Part shown: piece after piece, positions 21,417 to 31,782 of the stretch | How the letters are laid out: every line of letters starts with the position of its first letter | Position numbering within the stretch: the stretch's first letter is position 1 | DNA from: an uncultured cyanobacterium | GTDB taxonomy: Bacteria > Cyanobacteriota > Cyanobacteriia > Phormidesmidales > Phormidesmidaceae | Assembly: GCA_963793265.1 (NCBI GenBank) | Contig: CAWBZI010000001.1 | Coordinates: forward strand, 640,001-704,000 | DNA length: 64,000 nt | Direction of reading: 5' to 3' | The notes under the pieces: generated by a model | Databases searched by the model: none | Seen by the model: only the letters and a program-made list of their open reading frames with translations | Told to the model about the DNA's origin: nothing | Program-made: the position numbers and the translations under genes

Positions 21417-21504
21417 CTTCAAAATAGCCTCAAACAAAATAGGTAGCGCTGTTAGCTACACTAAACCTAGCCGCTCAGCGCCTTTTTACTAAGGCTCAGC
21501 AATT

Positions 21505-22161
21505 ATGGTTCAGCAGCTCTTCAAAATAGACTCTACAACAGACATCATCTATCCTGATTGCGACGGTCAACCCATGGCGGACAATACCGAGCAATTTCAG
21601 TGGATCGTCAACATTAAAGAGAATTTAGAAGCTATCTACAAAGACGATCCCAATGTTTTTGTAGCGGGCGACCTCCTGTGGTATCCCATTGAAGGCGACA
21701 ACAAAACTCGCCAAGCACCTGACACCATGGTTGCCCTCGGCAGGCCCAAAGGCTATCGCGGCTCATATATGCAGTGGAAAGAAGACGGCATCGCGCCTCA
21801 AGTCGTTTTTGAAATTCTTTCACCAGGGAATCGCATGGGCGAGATGTTCAAAAAATTCCACTTCTATCAGCGTCATGGCGTCCAGGAATACTACGTCTAC
21901 GACCCATACGATATAGAGCTAATGGGCTGGCAGCTTATGAATCAACGCCTGGAAATCATCGAAGGCATTGAGGATTGGACAAGTCCACTGCTTCAAATTC
22001 GTTTCGTCGTCAAACCTGACACGCTAGAGATCTATAGGCCGGATGGGAAACCCTTCTTGAGCCTAGCTGATACCCAGCAAAAGCTAGACGAATCTGAAGC
22101 TCGGAACACTCGCCTTACAGAGAAACTAAAAGAGCTGGGGATCGACCCGTCAGAAATTTAA
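21505..22161 (+). CDS. Uma2 family (DUF820) endonuclease-like protein
   Basis: YPDCDGQPMADNT, VAGDLLWYP, APD, FEILSPGN and GVQEYYVYDP. Confidence 0.92.
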   Translation: MVQQLFKIDSTTDIIYPDCDGQPMADNTEQFQWIVNIKENLEAIYKDDPNVFVAGDLLWYPIEGDNKTRQAPDTMVALGRPKGYRGSYMQWKEDGIAPQVVFEILSPGNRMGEMFKKFHFYQRHGVQEYYVYDPYDIELMGWQLMNQRLEIIEGIEDWTSPLLQIRFVVKPDTLEIYRPDGKPFLSLADTQQKLDESEARNTRLTEKLKELGIDPSEI

Positions 22162-22178
22162 TGAGCGGTATTAAGCGG

Positions 22179-23144
22179 TTACTGTGCAGCTCTTTCGACC
22201 CATTCCACAACCTGATTGCCTAGCCTTACATTGTCTAGGCGGTCAATCTCGCGGATGCCGGTAGGGCTAGTAACGTTCACCTCAGTCAGGTAGCCGCCGA
22301 TAATATCGAGTCCGACAAAAATCAGGCCATCCCGCCGTAGAGCAGGCGCAACCTGTTTGCAAATTTCTAAATCGCGCTCAGTAAGTTCGGTTTTATCACT
22401 ACGACCGCCGACTGCCATATTGCCGCGAAACTCTTTGCCAGTAGGCACCCGGTTCACCGACCCAATCGGATCGCCATTGAGCATGACCACGCGCTTATCA
22501 CCTTCTTTAGCCGCTGGTAAATAGGTTTGCACCATCACGGGCTCTTGGCCTCGGTGGGTGCTCACTTCGATAATGGAATTGAAGTTGCGATCGCCCCCTT
22601 CCAAAAACAAAATCCCTTCTCCACCCTTTCCGCCCAAAGGCTTCAGCACCCCAGCGCCCCAGCTTTCTACCGCCTCACGAATCACGTGCTTATCAGCACT
22701 CACAATCGTCTTCGGAATCGCCTCTGTGAACTGCATCGCGTACATCTTCTCATTCGCCATCCGCAACCCGCTCGGAGAGTTAATCACCTGAGTTTTCAAT
22801 GGATCGATGTAGTCAAGAATATAGGTGACATAGAGATAAGGCACCGTCACAGGCGGATCGGTTCGCATGAACACAGCACCCATATCTTCTAGCGATCGCC
22901 ACGTTGCCTCACCAAGCTGATACCAATCCGGTTCAGATATCCACCTCTGACCCTCTTGCACCACCGGCTTCATCGTTATTGGCTGCAGCCAACCGCAGGC
23001 TTTTCCATCTACCACACCCAACCGGTCAGCCTGAGTGATATACACCTGATGGCCCAAAACCTGCGCCGCCTCCATGATTGCCACACTCGTATCGTGACCT
23101 GGATCTAATCGCGCAATGGGATCAATAATGAACGCAAATTTCAA
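22179..23144 (-). CDS. gshB: Glutathione synthetase
   Basis: FMRTDPP, NEKMY, KPLGGKGG and EVNVTSPTG; TTG start with AGGAG SD. Confidence 0.96.
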   Translation of the reverse strand: MKFAFIIDPIARLDPGHDTSVAIMEAAQVLGHQVYITQADRLGVVDGKACGWLQPITMKPVVQEGQRWISEPDWYQLGEATWRSLEDMGAVFMRTDPPVTVPYLYVTYILDYIDPLKTQVINSPSGLRMANEKMYAMQFTEAIPKTIVSADKHVIREAVESWGAGVLKPLGGKGGEGILFLEGGDRNFNSIIEVSTHRGQEPVMVQTYLPAAKEGDKRVVMLNGDPIGSVNRVPTGKEFRGNMAVGGRSDKTELTERDLEICKQVAPALRRDGLIFVGLDIIGGYLTEVNVTSPTGIREIDRLDNVRLGNQVVEWVERAAQ

Positions 23145-23534
23145 TAGAATTCTCCTGAGAGAGTAGCCCTTGAATGGACATATAGAGCATAGGACAAAAT
23201 AATCGTGTTACCGCTGTAATCGTTGCACAGATACTTGTTTTGAAGGGTATTTATATCGCCTTAAGCCTTGTGCAAATGTTTGTGAAATCTTTACCCTGAC
23301 CACATCTCAGGGGGAGAAACTGCAAGCTATGTTGTACGCATATTCTGCAAGCAATAAGTTCGTCTTCAGAAGTTAGATGGACAAAGGCTGTAGTAACAGC
23401 CTGCTTAGAAAAGTTTTAGAGAAAGCTTGAATGCTGTGCCAATTCAAATTGGGTAACATTACCGATTCGCGAGTCCATTCGGAGTCTCTAATGTGAGCGG
23501 TAGCTAGGGCTGAAGGGTTGAGAGGAGATCGCAC

Positions 23535-23702
23535 ATGTTCGTTAGATTAATACAGGCCACCACCATTACGATGGCGCTATACGTTTTGCTAGGGCTGAGC
23601 GCCCTACAGACCCAAACAGCCGAAGGGAATAATGCCAAAGTTAACGTGGAGCCAGCCGAGGCACTCGTTGCACTAAAACAAGCGTTCACTCGCCGTCAGT
23701 AG
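23535..23702 (+). CDS. Small (55 aa) putative secreted or membrane-anchored protein, absent from the ORF track
   Basis: SD GAGGAG before ATG; MFVRLIQATTITMALYVLLGLSALQTQTAEG...; followed by a terminator. Confidence 0.6.
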   Translation: MFVRLIQATTITMALYVLLGLSALQTQTAEGNNAKVNVEPAEALVALKQAFTRRQ

Positions 23703-23734
23703 GCATGTCGGTAATATTCTTTGAGTATTTCAGC

Positions 23735-23771
23735 AAAAAACGCACTCTGCTACTAGCAAGGTGCGTTTTTT
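23735..23771. terminator. Bidirectional intrinsic terminator
   Basis: AAAAAA-CGCAC...GTGCG-TTTTTT between convergent genes. Confidence 0.7.
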
Positions 23772-23833
23772 ATTAATTTCATATCCGTATCAGATAACGC
23801 TTAAAACGTACTGAAACTATCAACAAAGTAACC

Positions 23834-24127
23834 CTACACCAGAGCTGGCGACGCGCTTAAGGCAGCAGGTGAAAAACTAGGCGCATAGGCTTCAATAACG
23901 CGTCCTGTCTCAGCGCACATCGTCATCAAATAGTCGCAGTGAGAGCACTGAGTACGAACAATATTTTCTTGATGGTAGCGCTCGGCGGAGCTGCCGCAGG
24001 TAGGGCAATGTACTCTTTGTACCGTCGCGGGCACAGAAGCGCTCTTGCTATCTTGCGACAAGAAGGACTCCAAAAAGTGCTTCGCGGGTCTTTCCATGGC
24101 CTTCATAGTTCTTAATGACTTACTCAT
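23834..24127 (-). CDS. Small Zn-ribbon protein (conserved cyanobacterial hypothetical)
   Basis: CPTCGS..ER...TQCSHCDYLM...GRVIEAYAP. Confidence 0.8.
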   Translation of the reverse strand: MSKSLRTMKAMERPAKHFLESFLSQDSKSASVPATVQRVHCPTCGSSAERYHQENIVRTQCSHCDYLMTMCAETGRVIEAYAPSFSPAALSASPALV

Positions 24128-24811
24128 TTTTTAGGACGCTGTTGCCTGGGGAGTATGGAATACAAACTCACAGGTTCCAGAGATTTGGCTTGCTCGTTAT
24201 CTCCCATATTATGCCAACTTATCTATGCGGTAGCAAAGCGTCTTAAGACATATGAAAAGATGGGGATCGCCTATCCTCAGACTGATCCCCGGATATCTGA
24301 AACGCTTGCCAGCTCAAGGGTAGATGAGTATTTATGCCTGCGCTAAAGGGATGAAACAAGCCTTTTTTGATGCCTCTGGCGTTTGACAAATAAAGGTTTG
24401 CTTTATAATTGAGGCCGATTGCCTTTACGGTTCTCAACACTATCTCATGTCGCAATATTGACAATAGTTAAGATAAAAATCAATGCTGTTCTTTAAACGC
24501 AGGAATGTATCAGAAAACACTTTTCTGTTTAAGGCACTATGAGGCGTTTTTAAAGCGTTTTTTAATCGGAGCTTAATGCTAAGGCTTGTGCTTAAAAGCT
24601 GAACCAAACGCCTCACAAATCAATCGACTAAATTAGTCAGTTAGGCTAATAGCCTTAGCAATAAACGTCACTAAAACTGTCAGCTTTTCTTATTAAGTGA
24701 TTTCGCTTATTTTCACCTTCTTTTTCTAACAGAAACATCCTGTAGAAACCGCGTAGCTCAGACGAACATCTGTAAACAAAGCGTGGCGAGATTCACGACA
24801 GCTTCCAACGT

Positions 24812-26734
24812 TTATGAAGCGGCTGAAGGGTGAAAGTAGTCGTAGATTTGCTGCGCAAGCTGAGGGCCAATACCGTCTACGGTCGCAAGCTGTTTGGGCG
24901 AAGCCTCACGAATATAGTCAATAGAGCGGAAGTTGGCAAGTAGCTGTTTGCGACGGTGGTGGCCAAGTCCGGGGATGTCTTCTAAGCGCGATCGCCGCAT
25001 CCGACCCATTCGCCGCTTGCGATGAAAGCTCACGGCAAATCGGTGCGCCTCATCACGCAAACGACGCAGCAGCATTACCCCAGGCTGATCGGCCTCAGTA
25101 TCCAGCGACTTCTTCTCACCCGGCAAAAAGATTTCCTCTAGCCGCTTAGCTAGGCTTACCACCCGCAGTTCACTCAGCAAGTTCATATCTTCTAGCACCG
25201 CAACAACCGCCGATAGCTGGCCCTTACCACCGTCGATCATCACTAAATCTGGCCAGTCGGGATTGCCCACGCGCTGCAAAGTCAGATCTTCTGCGTAGCG
25301 GCGGAAGCGACGACCAATTACTTCGGCCATGCTGGCAAAGTCGTCAGAGTGACCGCTGGTAACCGTAGGGTTTTTAATTTTGTACGTGCGGTAGTGCTGC
25401 TTGGCCGGGAGGCCGTCGATAAAGACAACCTGCGAGGCCACCGCATCAGAGCCCTGTACGTGGGAGATATCGTAGCCTTCAATCCGCTTAGGGGGGCCTG
25501 GCAAGTCGGCTAGCTCAGCGAGATCTTGCATGGCCTGATTGTTGCGATCGGCAAAGCGTTGGGTGCGTGCTAGCTCGTATTGGGCGTTGCGCTCCACCAT
25601 TTCTACTAGCTCAGCTTTAGACTGGCGCTGAGGCGTATCGATAGAGACTTTTCGGCCTTTTTGCACAGTTAAAAACTCAGCGAGCATGTCGCTTTCGGGT
25701 AGCGGATGCTGCGCCAAAATCTCGGCAGGGATCTCCACCGGATCGACCAGGCGATAGTGTTCTTCTAATACGCGCTGAAGGATTTCGCCAGGCGTACCTG
25801 ACTGAGTGTCGGCGACGAAGCCGAGGCGACCGACTAAGCGGCCCGCGCGGATTTGGAAGAGCTGTACGCAGGCGTGTTCATCGTCGGCAGACAGGGCGAT
25901 CGCATCCCGAGAAACCGTATCGTCTGGCAAAGCAACCTTTTGATGCGCCCCCAGCGTTTCGAGTCCCTTTACCTGATCGCGAATGAGCGCTGCTTTCTCA
26001 AAGTCAAGATCTTCAGCAGCTTTATTCATTTTGTCGGTGAGGATGTCGATCAGCTCGTGCGATCGCCCTTGAAACACCATCGCTACCCGCTGCACAATCT
26101 TGTGATATTCCTCAGGCGTAATCATCTGCTGACACACGCCAGGGCACTGCCCAATGTCGTAATTGAGGCAGGGACGATCCTTAAATAAAGGCTGACGGCG
26201 CTGCCGCAAAGGAAAAATTCGCTTAGCAATTTGCAGCGTCCGCCTGAGCAAACCCGTGTCTACATAGGGCCCGTAGTAGCGGCTTTTAGCGTCTTTTCGG
26301 CGCTTGCGCGTAATAAAAATACGCGGATAGTCCTCCCCCCAAGTAATGCAAAGGAAGGGATACTTCTTATCATCTTTGAGCAGCACATTGTACTCAGGCT
26401 GATGCTGCTTGATCAGGTTAGCCTCTAAAGCCAGCGCCTCTGCTTCAGTATCCGTAACAATAAACTCAATATCAGCCACCTTAGCCACCATCGCCGAAAT
26501 CCGAGGCGAGTGGTGATGCGCGGCATCGCGAAAATAAGAGCGGACGCGGTTACGCAGGCTTTTCGACTTACCAATGTAGAGGATTTGGTCGGTGTCATCC
26601 CGCATGAAATAAACCCCTGGCTCCTGAGGAATCTCTTTGAGCCGAGCTTCTAGCCGTTCAGCATCCTTAAGCAAGGTCTTAACCAAAGTTCCAGAGGCGG
26701 CGGTAGAGGTTTTGAGGTTTGAGAGATCAGACAC
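24812..26734 (-). CDS. uvrC: Excinuclease ABC subunit C
   Basis: GIY-YIG ([17 protein letters not shown]), [15 protein letters not shown] and C-terminal HhH. Confidence 0.98.
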   Translation of the reverse strand: MSDLSNLKTSTAASGTLVKTLLKDAERLEARLKEIPQEPGVYFMRDDTDQILYIGKSKSLRNRVRSYFRDAAHHHSPRISAMVAKVADIEFIVTDTEAEALALEANLIKQHQPEYNVLLKDDKKYPFLCITWGEDYPRIFITRKRRKDAKSRYYGPYVDTGLLRRTLQIAKRIFPLRQRRQPLFKDRPCLNYDIGQCPGVCQQMITPEEYHKIVQRVAMVFQGRSHELIDILTDKMNKAAEDLDFEKAALIRDQVKGLETLGAHQKVALPDDTVSRDAIALSADDEHACVQLFQIRAGRLVGRLGFVADTQSGTPGEILQRVLEEHYRLVDPVEIPAEILAQHPLPESDMLAEFLTVQKGRKVSIDTPQRQSKAELVEMVERNAQYELARTQRFADRNNQAMQDLAELADLPGPPKRIEGYDISHVQGSDAVASQVVFIDGLPAKQHYRTYKIKNPTVTSGHSDDFASMAEVIGRRFRRYAEDLTLQRVGNPDWPDLVMIDGGKGQLSAVVAVLEDMNLLSELRVVSLAKRLEEIFLPGEKKSLDTEADQPGVMLLRRLRDEAHRFAVSFHRKRRMGRMRRSRLEDIPGLGHHRRKQLLANFRSIDYIREASPKQLATVDGIGPQLAQQIYDYFHPSAAS

Positions 26735-26903
26735 AGTAGAGAATCTATCAGAGGGTTATCTCTATTCTAGATATTTTTTGCTCTATGGAACTTTTTGCTT
26801 GGCTTCAAAAAGGGTACATGAATCACGAAGATTTGGTATGTGAGTTGTCACATTGTTCCTGGTTAGAGGAAAATTTTAGGTATAAGTCGATACTGCAAAA
26901 AAG

Positions 26904-26921
26904 ATCCGTATTTATACGGAT
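26904..26921. promoter_or_regulatory. Palindromic candidate operator ATCCGTA-N4-TACGGAT
   Basis: Perfect 7-bp inverted repeat between divergent genes, about 40 bp upstream of the 68-aa ORF. Confidence 0.45.
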
Positions 26922-26962
26922 TTTTTTCTATCCTGATCTTTAATCCTCACCCACCGTCAACT

Positions 26963-27169
26963 GTGAACATCCAAGAATTTGAGAGCCAGTATCAAGAGTC
27001 CGTCAGCAAAATTCTCAACGAACTTCAGTCAATGGCGATCATCTCTAATCGCCTTGAGTCAACAATTGTAGAAGTCGGCTCATCTGTACAGAGCCTTAAT
27101 CAAATGGTCGAAGACTTTTTGAAAGAACAGCAAGACACAGAACCACCATCGGATCAAACGCTCGGATAG
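26963..27169 (+). CDS. Small coiled-coil hypothetical protein
   Basis: 68-aa heptad-patterned ORF with GTG start. Confidence 0.65.
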   Translation: MNIQEFESQYQESVSKILNELQSMAIISNRLESTIVEVGSSVQSLNQMVEDFLKEQQDTEPPSDQTLG

Positions 27170-27204
27170 GCCAATGTTATAAGGTGTTGCTATATAAGGT
27201 GTTG

Positions 27205-27588
27205 CTATGTAAGGGGCATTAGCTTCGCCACCGTTTCACTTAAGTCGCTAGGCAAGACAGGCTTAGTAAGATAGGCATCTGCGCCTAGCTGGTAAGCTTT
27301 TTGCTGATCTGTTGGGAGCGTGTAGCCACTGACTACCAAAATCGCGAGATGTTGCCACTGCAAGGCGGCTCGTACCTGCTCAATGATCGTAAATCCATCT
27401 ATTACTGGCATTCGTAGGTTAAGGATAAGAACGCCAGGATCGAAGTCTTGAAGACTCTCAAAAATTTTTTGCCCTTCTGAGAGGGTACGTACGCTGTAGC
27501 CGCACTGCTCTAGATAATCAGCAAACAAAACTCGATTGCCGTAATCGTTCTCTAAAATCAGGACGCGGCCTAGCGCCGGAAAAGACAT
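27205..27588 (-). CDS. Single-domain response regulator (atypical receiver)
   Basis: VLILEND...LILNLRMPVIDG...GADAYLTKP; the phosphoacceptor position appears to be Asn. Confidence 0.85.
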   Translation of the reverse strand: MSFPALGRVLILENDYGNRVLFADYLEQCGYSVRTLSEGQKIFESLQDFDPGVLILNLRMPVIDGFTIIEQVRAALQWQHLAILVVSGYTLPTDQQKAYQLGADAYLTKPVLPSDLSETVAKLMPLT

Positions 27589-27750
27589 ATTTGTAGGGTG
27601 CTGGCAATGACCAGGCAGTGAATTTTCTTAAACCTTGCTTTCATTGAATGCGCTGTTGCTGATGAATTTTGATGCAACAAACGTACAGGTATACGGACAA
27701 TTAGTAAGTATACGCAGAGTGAGGCTTGAAAAGCGCGTGCTTAAGTCACA

Positions 27751-28962
27751 TCAAGCTGCTTTATTCACAGACTCTTCACCATTGATATTAGCAAATATAC
27801 CTATTTTCTCAATAGCGGTGGTAAGCACCTCTGGCGGATGAACCAGGGCAAACCGTACATAGCCTTCACCCGACTTGCCAAAGCCTCTTCCTGGCGAAAG
27901 CGCAACACCTGTCGCCGCTACTAGCGCCGTACAAAAGTCGATAGAACGCTCTGCCCAATTATTCGACAGGCCCTCAGGTAGCTTTACCCATAAGTACATC
28001 GTTGCTTTGGGGCTAGAAACATGCCAGCCTATGCCGCGCAGCGCCTTAACGGCCGCGTCTCTCCGGTTAGCAAAGGTATCTACAACATGTTTTACAACCG
28101 TTTGCGGGCCAGTAAGGGCAGCGATCGCACCTCTCAAAATCCCTCGATACTGGTTAAAGTCCACCGTCGCCTTGACCTGCCTAAGCCCTTTAATCAGCTC
28201 AGCATTACCGATGGCATAGCCCACCCGAAAACCGCCCATGTTGTAAGACTTTGACAGCGTGAAGAACTCAATCGAAACCGATTTTGTCGGATCTGCCTGA
28301 AGAATTGAAGGTACCGGATCGCCTTCAAAGTACAGATCGGCGTAGGGAAAATCGTGAACTAGAGCTATCGCCCTCTCCTGACAAAAGGCTACGGCTGCTT
28401 TAAAAAAGTCAAGCGGCGCGACAGCCGTCGTCGGATTGTGCGGATAGCTCAAAACCATCATTGTGGCTTTTTTGACAACCGCAGCCGGGATATCGGCCAG
28501 CACAGGCAGAAAGTCATTTTCAGCCAAAATTGGCATCGGATAGATTTCACCACCTGCTAAATACACTCCGCCAACGTGAGATGGGTAGCCGGGATCAAGC
28601 AGTAGCGCAATATCGCCTGGGTTCATCACCGCTAAGGGCAGGTGGGCTGTCCCCTCTTGCGAGCCAATCAGCGGCAGCACTTCAGTCTCAGGATTAACGG
28701 CGATGCCATACTTTTGCTCGTACCACTCAGCCGCCGCGACACGCATGTCTTTTGTGCTGTTGAACAGTGCGTAGCCGTGGGTTTCAGGGTCTTGAAGGGC
28801 CTGAGCAATTGCATCCAGCACATGAGGCGGCGTTGGCAAATCAGACGAGCCCAGCGACAGATCAATGATGGGTTTACCGGCAGCGATCGCCTGCGTTTTG
28901 GCCCGATCCATATCGGCAAAAACATTGGTTTGTAAAGGAGCAAGGCGGTCTGCAATTTGCAT
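27751..28962 (-). CDS. Class I/II PLP aminotransferase (LL-diaminopimelate aminotransferase-like)
   Basis: GSQEG, YPHNPT, DFPY and SKSYNMGGFRVG. Confidence 0.9.
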   Translation of the reverse strand: MQIADRLAPLQTNVFADMDRAKTQAIAAGKPIIDLSLGSSDLPTPPHVLDAIAQALQDPETHGYALFNSTKDMRVAAAEWYEQKYGIAVNPETEVLPLIGSQEGTAHLPLAVMNPGDIALLLDPGYPSHVGGVYLAGGEIYPMPILAENDFLPVLADIPAAVVKKATMMVLSYPHNPTTAVAPLDFFKAAVAFCQERAIALVHDFPYADLYFEGDPVPSILQADPTKSVSIEFFTLSKSYNMGGFRVGYAIGNAELIKGLRQVKATVDFNQYRGILRGAIAALTGPQTVVKHVVDTFANRRDAAVKALRGIGWHVSSPKATMYLWVKLPEGLSNNWAERSIDFCTALVAATGVALSPGRGFGKSGEGYVRFALVHPPEVLTTAIEKIGIFANINGEESVNKAA

Positions 28963-29078
28963 AGGTTAGACGTTAGGATTAGGCGCTAAGAGAAGACAGG
29001 TACGAAACTAAAATCCCTCACCTAAAGATTAATCCAGGCAAGGGAAATTGAGGAAGAAGGCTATAGCCTTGACAGTAA

Positions 29079-29861
29079 CTACAGGCTATCTAGCTCACTT
29101 TTCAGCGCTTCTAGCTCACTATCAACGGCGGGGTCAGCCTTTTGATTAGGGGTCACCGCAGGTTCATCACCGGGCGGCAAAGCCTCTTGCGAAGGTGCAG
29201 CACCACCGAGCATATTTGCCTTCATCGCTTCTAGCTCATAGTCCACATCGCTACCCGACTCTAGCTGTGCAAACTGACTTTCTAAATCAGCTCCGGCTAG
29301 CTCAGCGGCAGCCTGACCACTGGCCTCCATCATCATCACCTTTTCTTCCATGCGCTCAAAAGCACCCATGGCGCTACTGGTGCTGAGGCTACCGACGCTA
29401 TTTTGAAGCTGCTCATTGGCTTTGGCCGCACTGGCACGGGCTTTGAGCATGTCTTTCTTAGTCTTCGCTTCAGAAATTTTACTTTCCAAAGCAATGAGCT
29501 GACGCTTGAGCGTATCGACTGAAGACTTTTGCTGGTCAAGCTGGGTTTGCAAAGAAGTTGCTGTTTCGGCCTGAGACTTTTTACGCACGAGCGCCTCGCG
29601 GGCTAGCTCTTCGTTACCTTTTTGCAGGGCAAGCTGAGCGCGTTGCTGCCACTGAGCAGCGGCGGTTTTGGCCTTATCAGCCTGGCTCTGAGAGCGCTTT
29701 TGAGCAGCGATCGCACGGGCTACAGCCTGACGCATCTGCACCAAATCTTCCTGCATGTCGATGATGGCCTGATCCAGAATCTTTTCAGGATCTTCAGCAG
29801 AACTCACGGCTGCATTCAGGTTAGAGCGCACCACTCGGCTAACGCGATCAAACAATCCCAT
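29079..29861 (-). CDS. vipp1: PspA/IM30 family protein Vipp1
   Basis: MGLFDRVSRVVRSNLN..EDPEKIL; carries the Vipp1 C-terminal extension (VDSELEALKSEL). Confidence 0.92.
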   Translation of the reverse strand: MGLFDRVSRVVRSNLNAAVSSAEDPEKILDQAIIDMQEDLVQMRQAVARAIAAQKRSQSQADKAKTAAAQWQQRAQLALQKGNEELAREALVRKKSQAETATSLQTQLDQQKSSVDTLKRQLIALESKISEAKTKKDMLKARASAAKANEQLQNSVGSLSTSSAMGAFERMEEKVMMMEASGQAAAELAGADLESQFAQLESGSDVDYELEAMKANMLGGAAPSQEALPPGDEPAVTPNQKADPAVDSELEALKSELDSL

Positions 29862-30042
29862 GTCGTTATATCCCTCAGTTCTTCTACGAAATGCTTACTA
29901 TCTAGTATACGCAGCCATTCTAGAATGGTGAGCCGCATTCATCAGTAAAGATAGCCGTCCTTGAACACCATCACAGGCAATGTGTTGTCGGACAGTTACT
30001 CAAAAGATACCGCACGAAACGGATGAATTCCCGATTATAAAT

Positions 30043-31146
30043 CTAATATTTCTTAAGCAGTGAGAGCGTTTTGCGAGCCGTGTCTATGGAGGGAAGTGGG
30101 GGAATGTGGGGACTTAGGGCATTAGGGGAAACGCCCGCTCGGTAGGCGGCGATCGCACCTGCTACCTCTAAATAAGTACTCAACGCAATTGTCTCTATCT
30201 GCAAATCAGCCGCACTCACTGACATCGCTGTCCTATTCTCACCAACCGCAATCACCTGCCCGCCTCGTTTTGCAAGCATAGGAGCCAAACTCATCACCGC
30301 GCTGCCGCCAAAGGCAGTAGCTGGAACCACAACGGTATCGACCTGATGAGCAGAAATCGCTTCAGGTAAGCTATCAGCAAGATCCGTAACAAACTGAGGA
30401 GCCCGGCTCAAGCCTGCTAGTACGCAGGGTAGAAACGTATAGCCCAGTTCCTCAGCCGCCGAACGCGGCGAAATATTAGGATCTAGCGGTAAAGGTAAGA
30501 GAGCAGGTGCGTGAGCACAAGGAATTTTGAAGGTGCGTACGACTAAGTGGCTGATTACCGCCTCGACTCCGGCTAGCGGATCGACGCCTCGGCCCTGACG
30601 ATAAGCCTGAAGTTCTGGTGAGCTGTCGTCATCAGGGAATCGAGCAACCACTGCGATCGCCCGCACGCTCGCTTCAGTCATTAATCTTTCTACCGCCCGC
30701 AGCAAACTCCCTGGATTTTCTAGCGTCCCCCAAGATGCGCCTGACTCGATTGTTTTTAAGGCCACGCCTAGCGGTGCATCCGTCACCACATGCGCGCGAA
30801 TGTCTAAGCCCAGGGTGGCTCTAGCAGCATCGGCGGCCTGGAGGTGGCGCGATCGCAATTCATCTTCTACCCCTCGATCAATTACCAGCCCAATCGGGTT
30901 CTGATGCACTGGCTGCAAATTCCACTTACCCGCTGCAAACTGATCGAGCCCATACCCTTCTACGTAATAGGTATTCTGCATCGGCCAATATAGCTGCGCC
31001 CCGTTCATCACATTTGGATGCGTGATTAGCCGGTCAGTCACCTGCGCTATGGTTCTTGCAACCGGCAGTGCGTCTCCAGCATAGCCGCCAATGGCCGCGC
31101 CAATCCCGGTCGGGATAATCAGCACCGTCGTGTGGGGTCGGGTCAT
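30043..31146 (-). CDS. DUF3326 family protein
   Basis: IPTGIGAAIGGYAGDALP, THPNVMNGA and AAEELGYTFLPCVL. Confidence 0.88.
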   Translation of the reverse strand: MTRPHTTVLIIPTGIGAAIGGYAGDALPVARTIAQVTDRLITHPNVMNGAQLYWPMQNTYYVEGYGLDQFAAGKWNLQPVHQNPIGLVIDRGVEDELRSRHLQAADAARATLGLDIRAHVVTDAPLGVALKTIESGASWGTLENPGSLLRAVERLMTEASVRAIAVVARFPDDDSSPELQAYRQGRGVDPLAGVEAVISHLVVRTFKIPCAHAPALLPLPLDPNISPRSAAEELGYTFLPCVLAGLSRAPQFVTDLADSLPEAISAHQVDTVVVPATAFGGSAVMSLAPMLAKRGGQVIAVGENRTAMSVSAADLQIETIALSTYLEVAGAIAAYRAGVSPNALSPHIPPLPSIDTARKTLSLLKKY

Positions 31147-31155
31147 TAGAGCGGA

Positions 31156-31383
31156 TTATTTTAGGGTGGTTACGACGGCTTCAACGTGGGCGGTTTTGGC
31201 GAGGGGGTTGATGCTGGTGATGGCCCAGCGCAGAGGATCGCCGTGCTGGGAAAGGAGGGTTTCTATGTGCGATCGCAGAGCGTCGGAGCGCAGCAGATTA
31301 GTACCTCTCGCAGCCTCTCGCAGCTTGCTTGGCGAGGCTAGTAAAGACACATCCAGCGTAATTAGTTTTGTCTGCATCGGCAT
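31156..31383 (-). CDS. Small conserved hypothetical protein with an apparent 15-aa insertion
   Basis: C-terminal HGDPLRWAITSI..AHVEAVVT; lies in a run with ferredoxin and DUF3326. Confidence 0.7.
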   Translation of the reverse strand: MPMQTKLITLDVSLLASPSKLREAARGTNLLRSDALRSHIETLLSQHGDPLRWAITSINPLAKTAHVEAVVTTLK

Positions 31384-31409
31384 GTTGCTTTTACTAGAAA
31401 GATGGAGCC

Positions 31410-31730
31410 CTATCCCGGCTGACCAAACTGGCGCTGATATACCTCGTCTTCTTTTTCAGTCTCTATTTTGAGATCAGACGTGGGAAAAGCAACACACAGC
31501 AGCGCATAGCCATCTGCTTGCAGCTCAGGGCTCACGCCCATACCGTCCGTTTGATCCACCGTACCTTCTAAAATCAATGCGGCGCACGTTGTACATACGC
31601 CCGCATTGCAAGAAGTCGGCAAATCAAGCCCAGCCTCTTGCGCTGCGACCAACACCGTTTGATCCTCGGCCACCTGAATGCTGTGAACCTCGCCCTGGTG
31701 GTTGATTTCAGCCGTAAACGTTTTACCCAT
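31410..31730 (-). CDS. Plant-type [2Fe-2S] ferredoxin-like protein
   Basis: SCNAGVCTTC...LLCV. Confidence 0.93.
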   Translation of the reverse strand: MGKTFTAEINHQGEVHSIQVAEDQTVLVAAQEAGLDLPTSCNAGVCTTCAALILEGTVDQTDGMGVSPELQADGYALLCVAFPTSDLKIETEKEDEVYQRQFGQPG

Positions 31731-31782
31731 GTCTTGAGTTTTCTTCGCTAAATTTTTTAGAGTCAGTTTTTCAATAGACCTT

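Noticed and set aside
21505..22161. Uma2 gene as a defence or mobile element
   Set aside because: A single member of a family that is highly expanded in cyanobacteria, with no flanking repeats or partner genes
23504..23689. 61-aa minus-strand ORF
   Set aside because: The plus-strand 55-aa ORF at the same locus has an SD, a signal-like sequence and a terminator
23834..24127. Calling the Zn-ribbon ORF a PriA helicase
   Set aside because: Only 97 aa, with no helicase motifs
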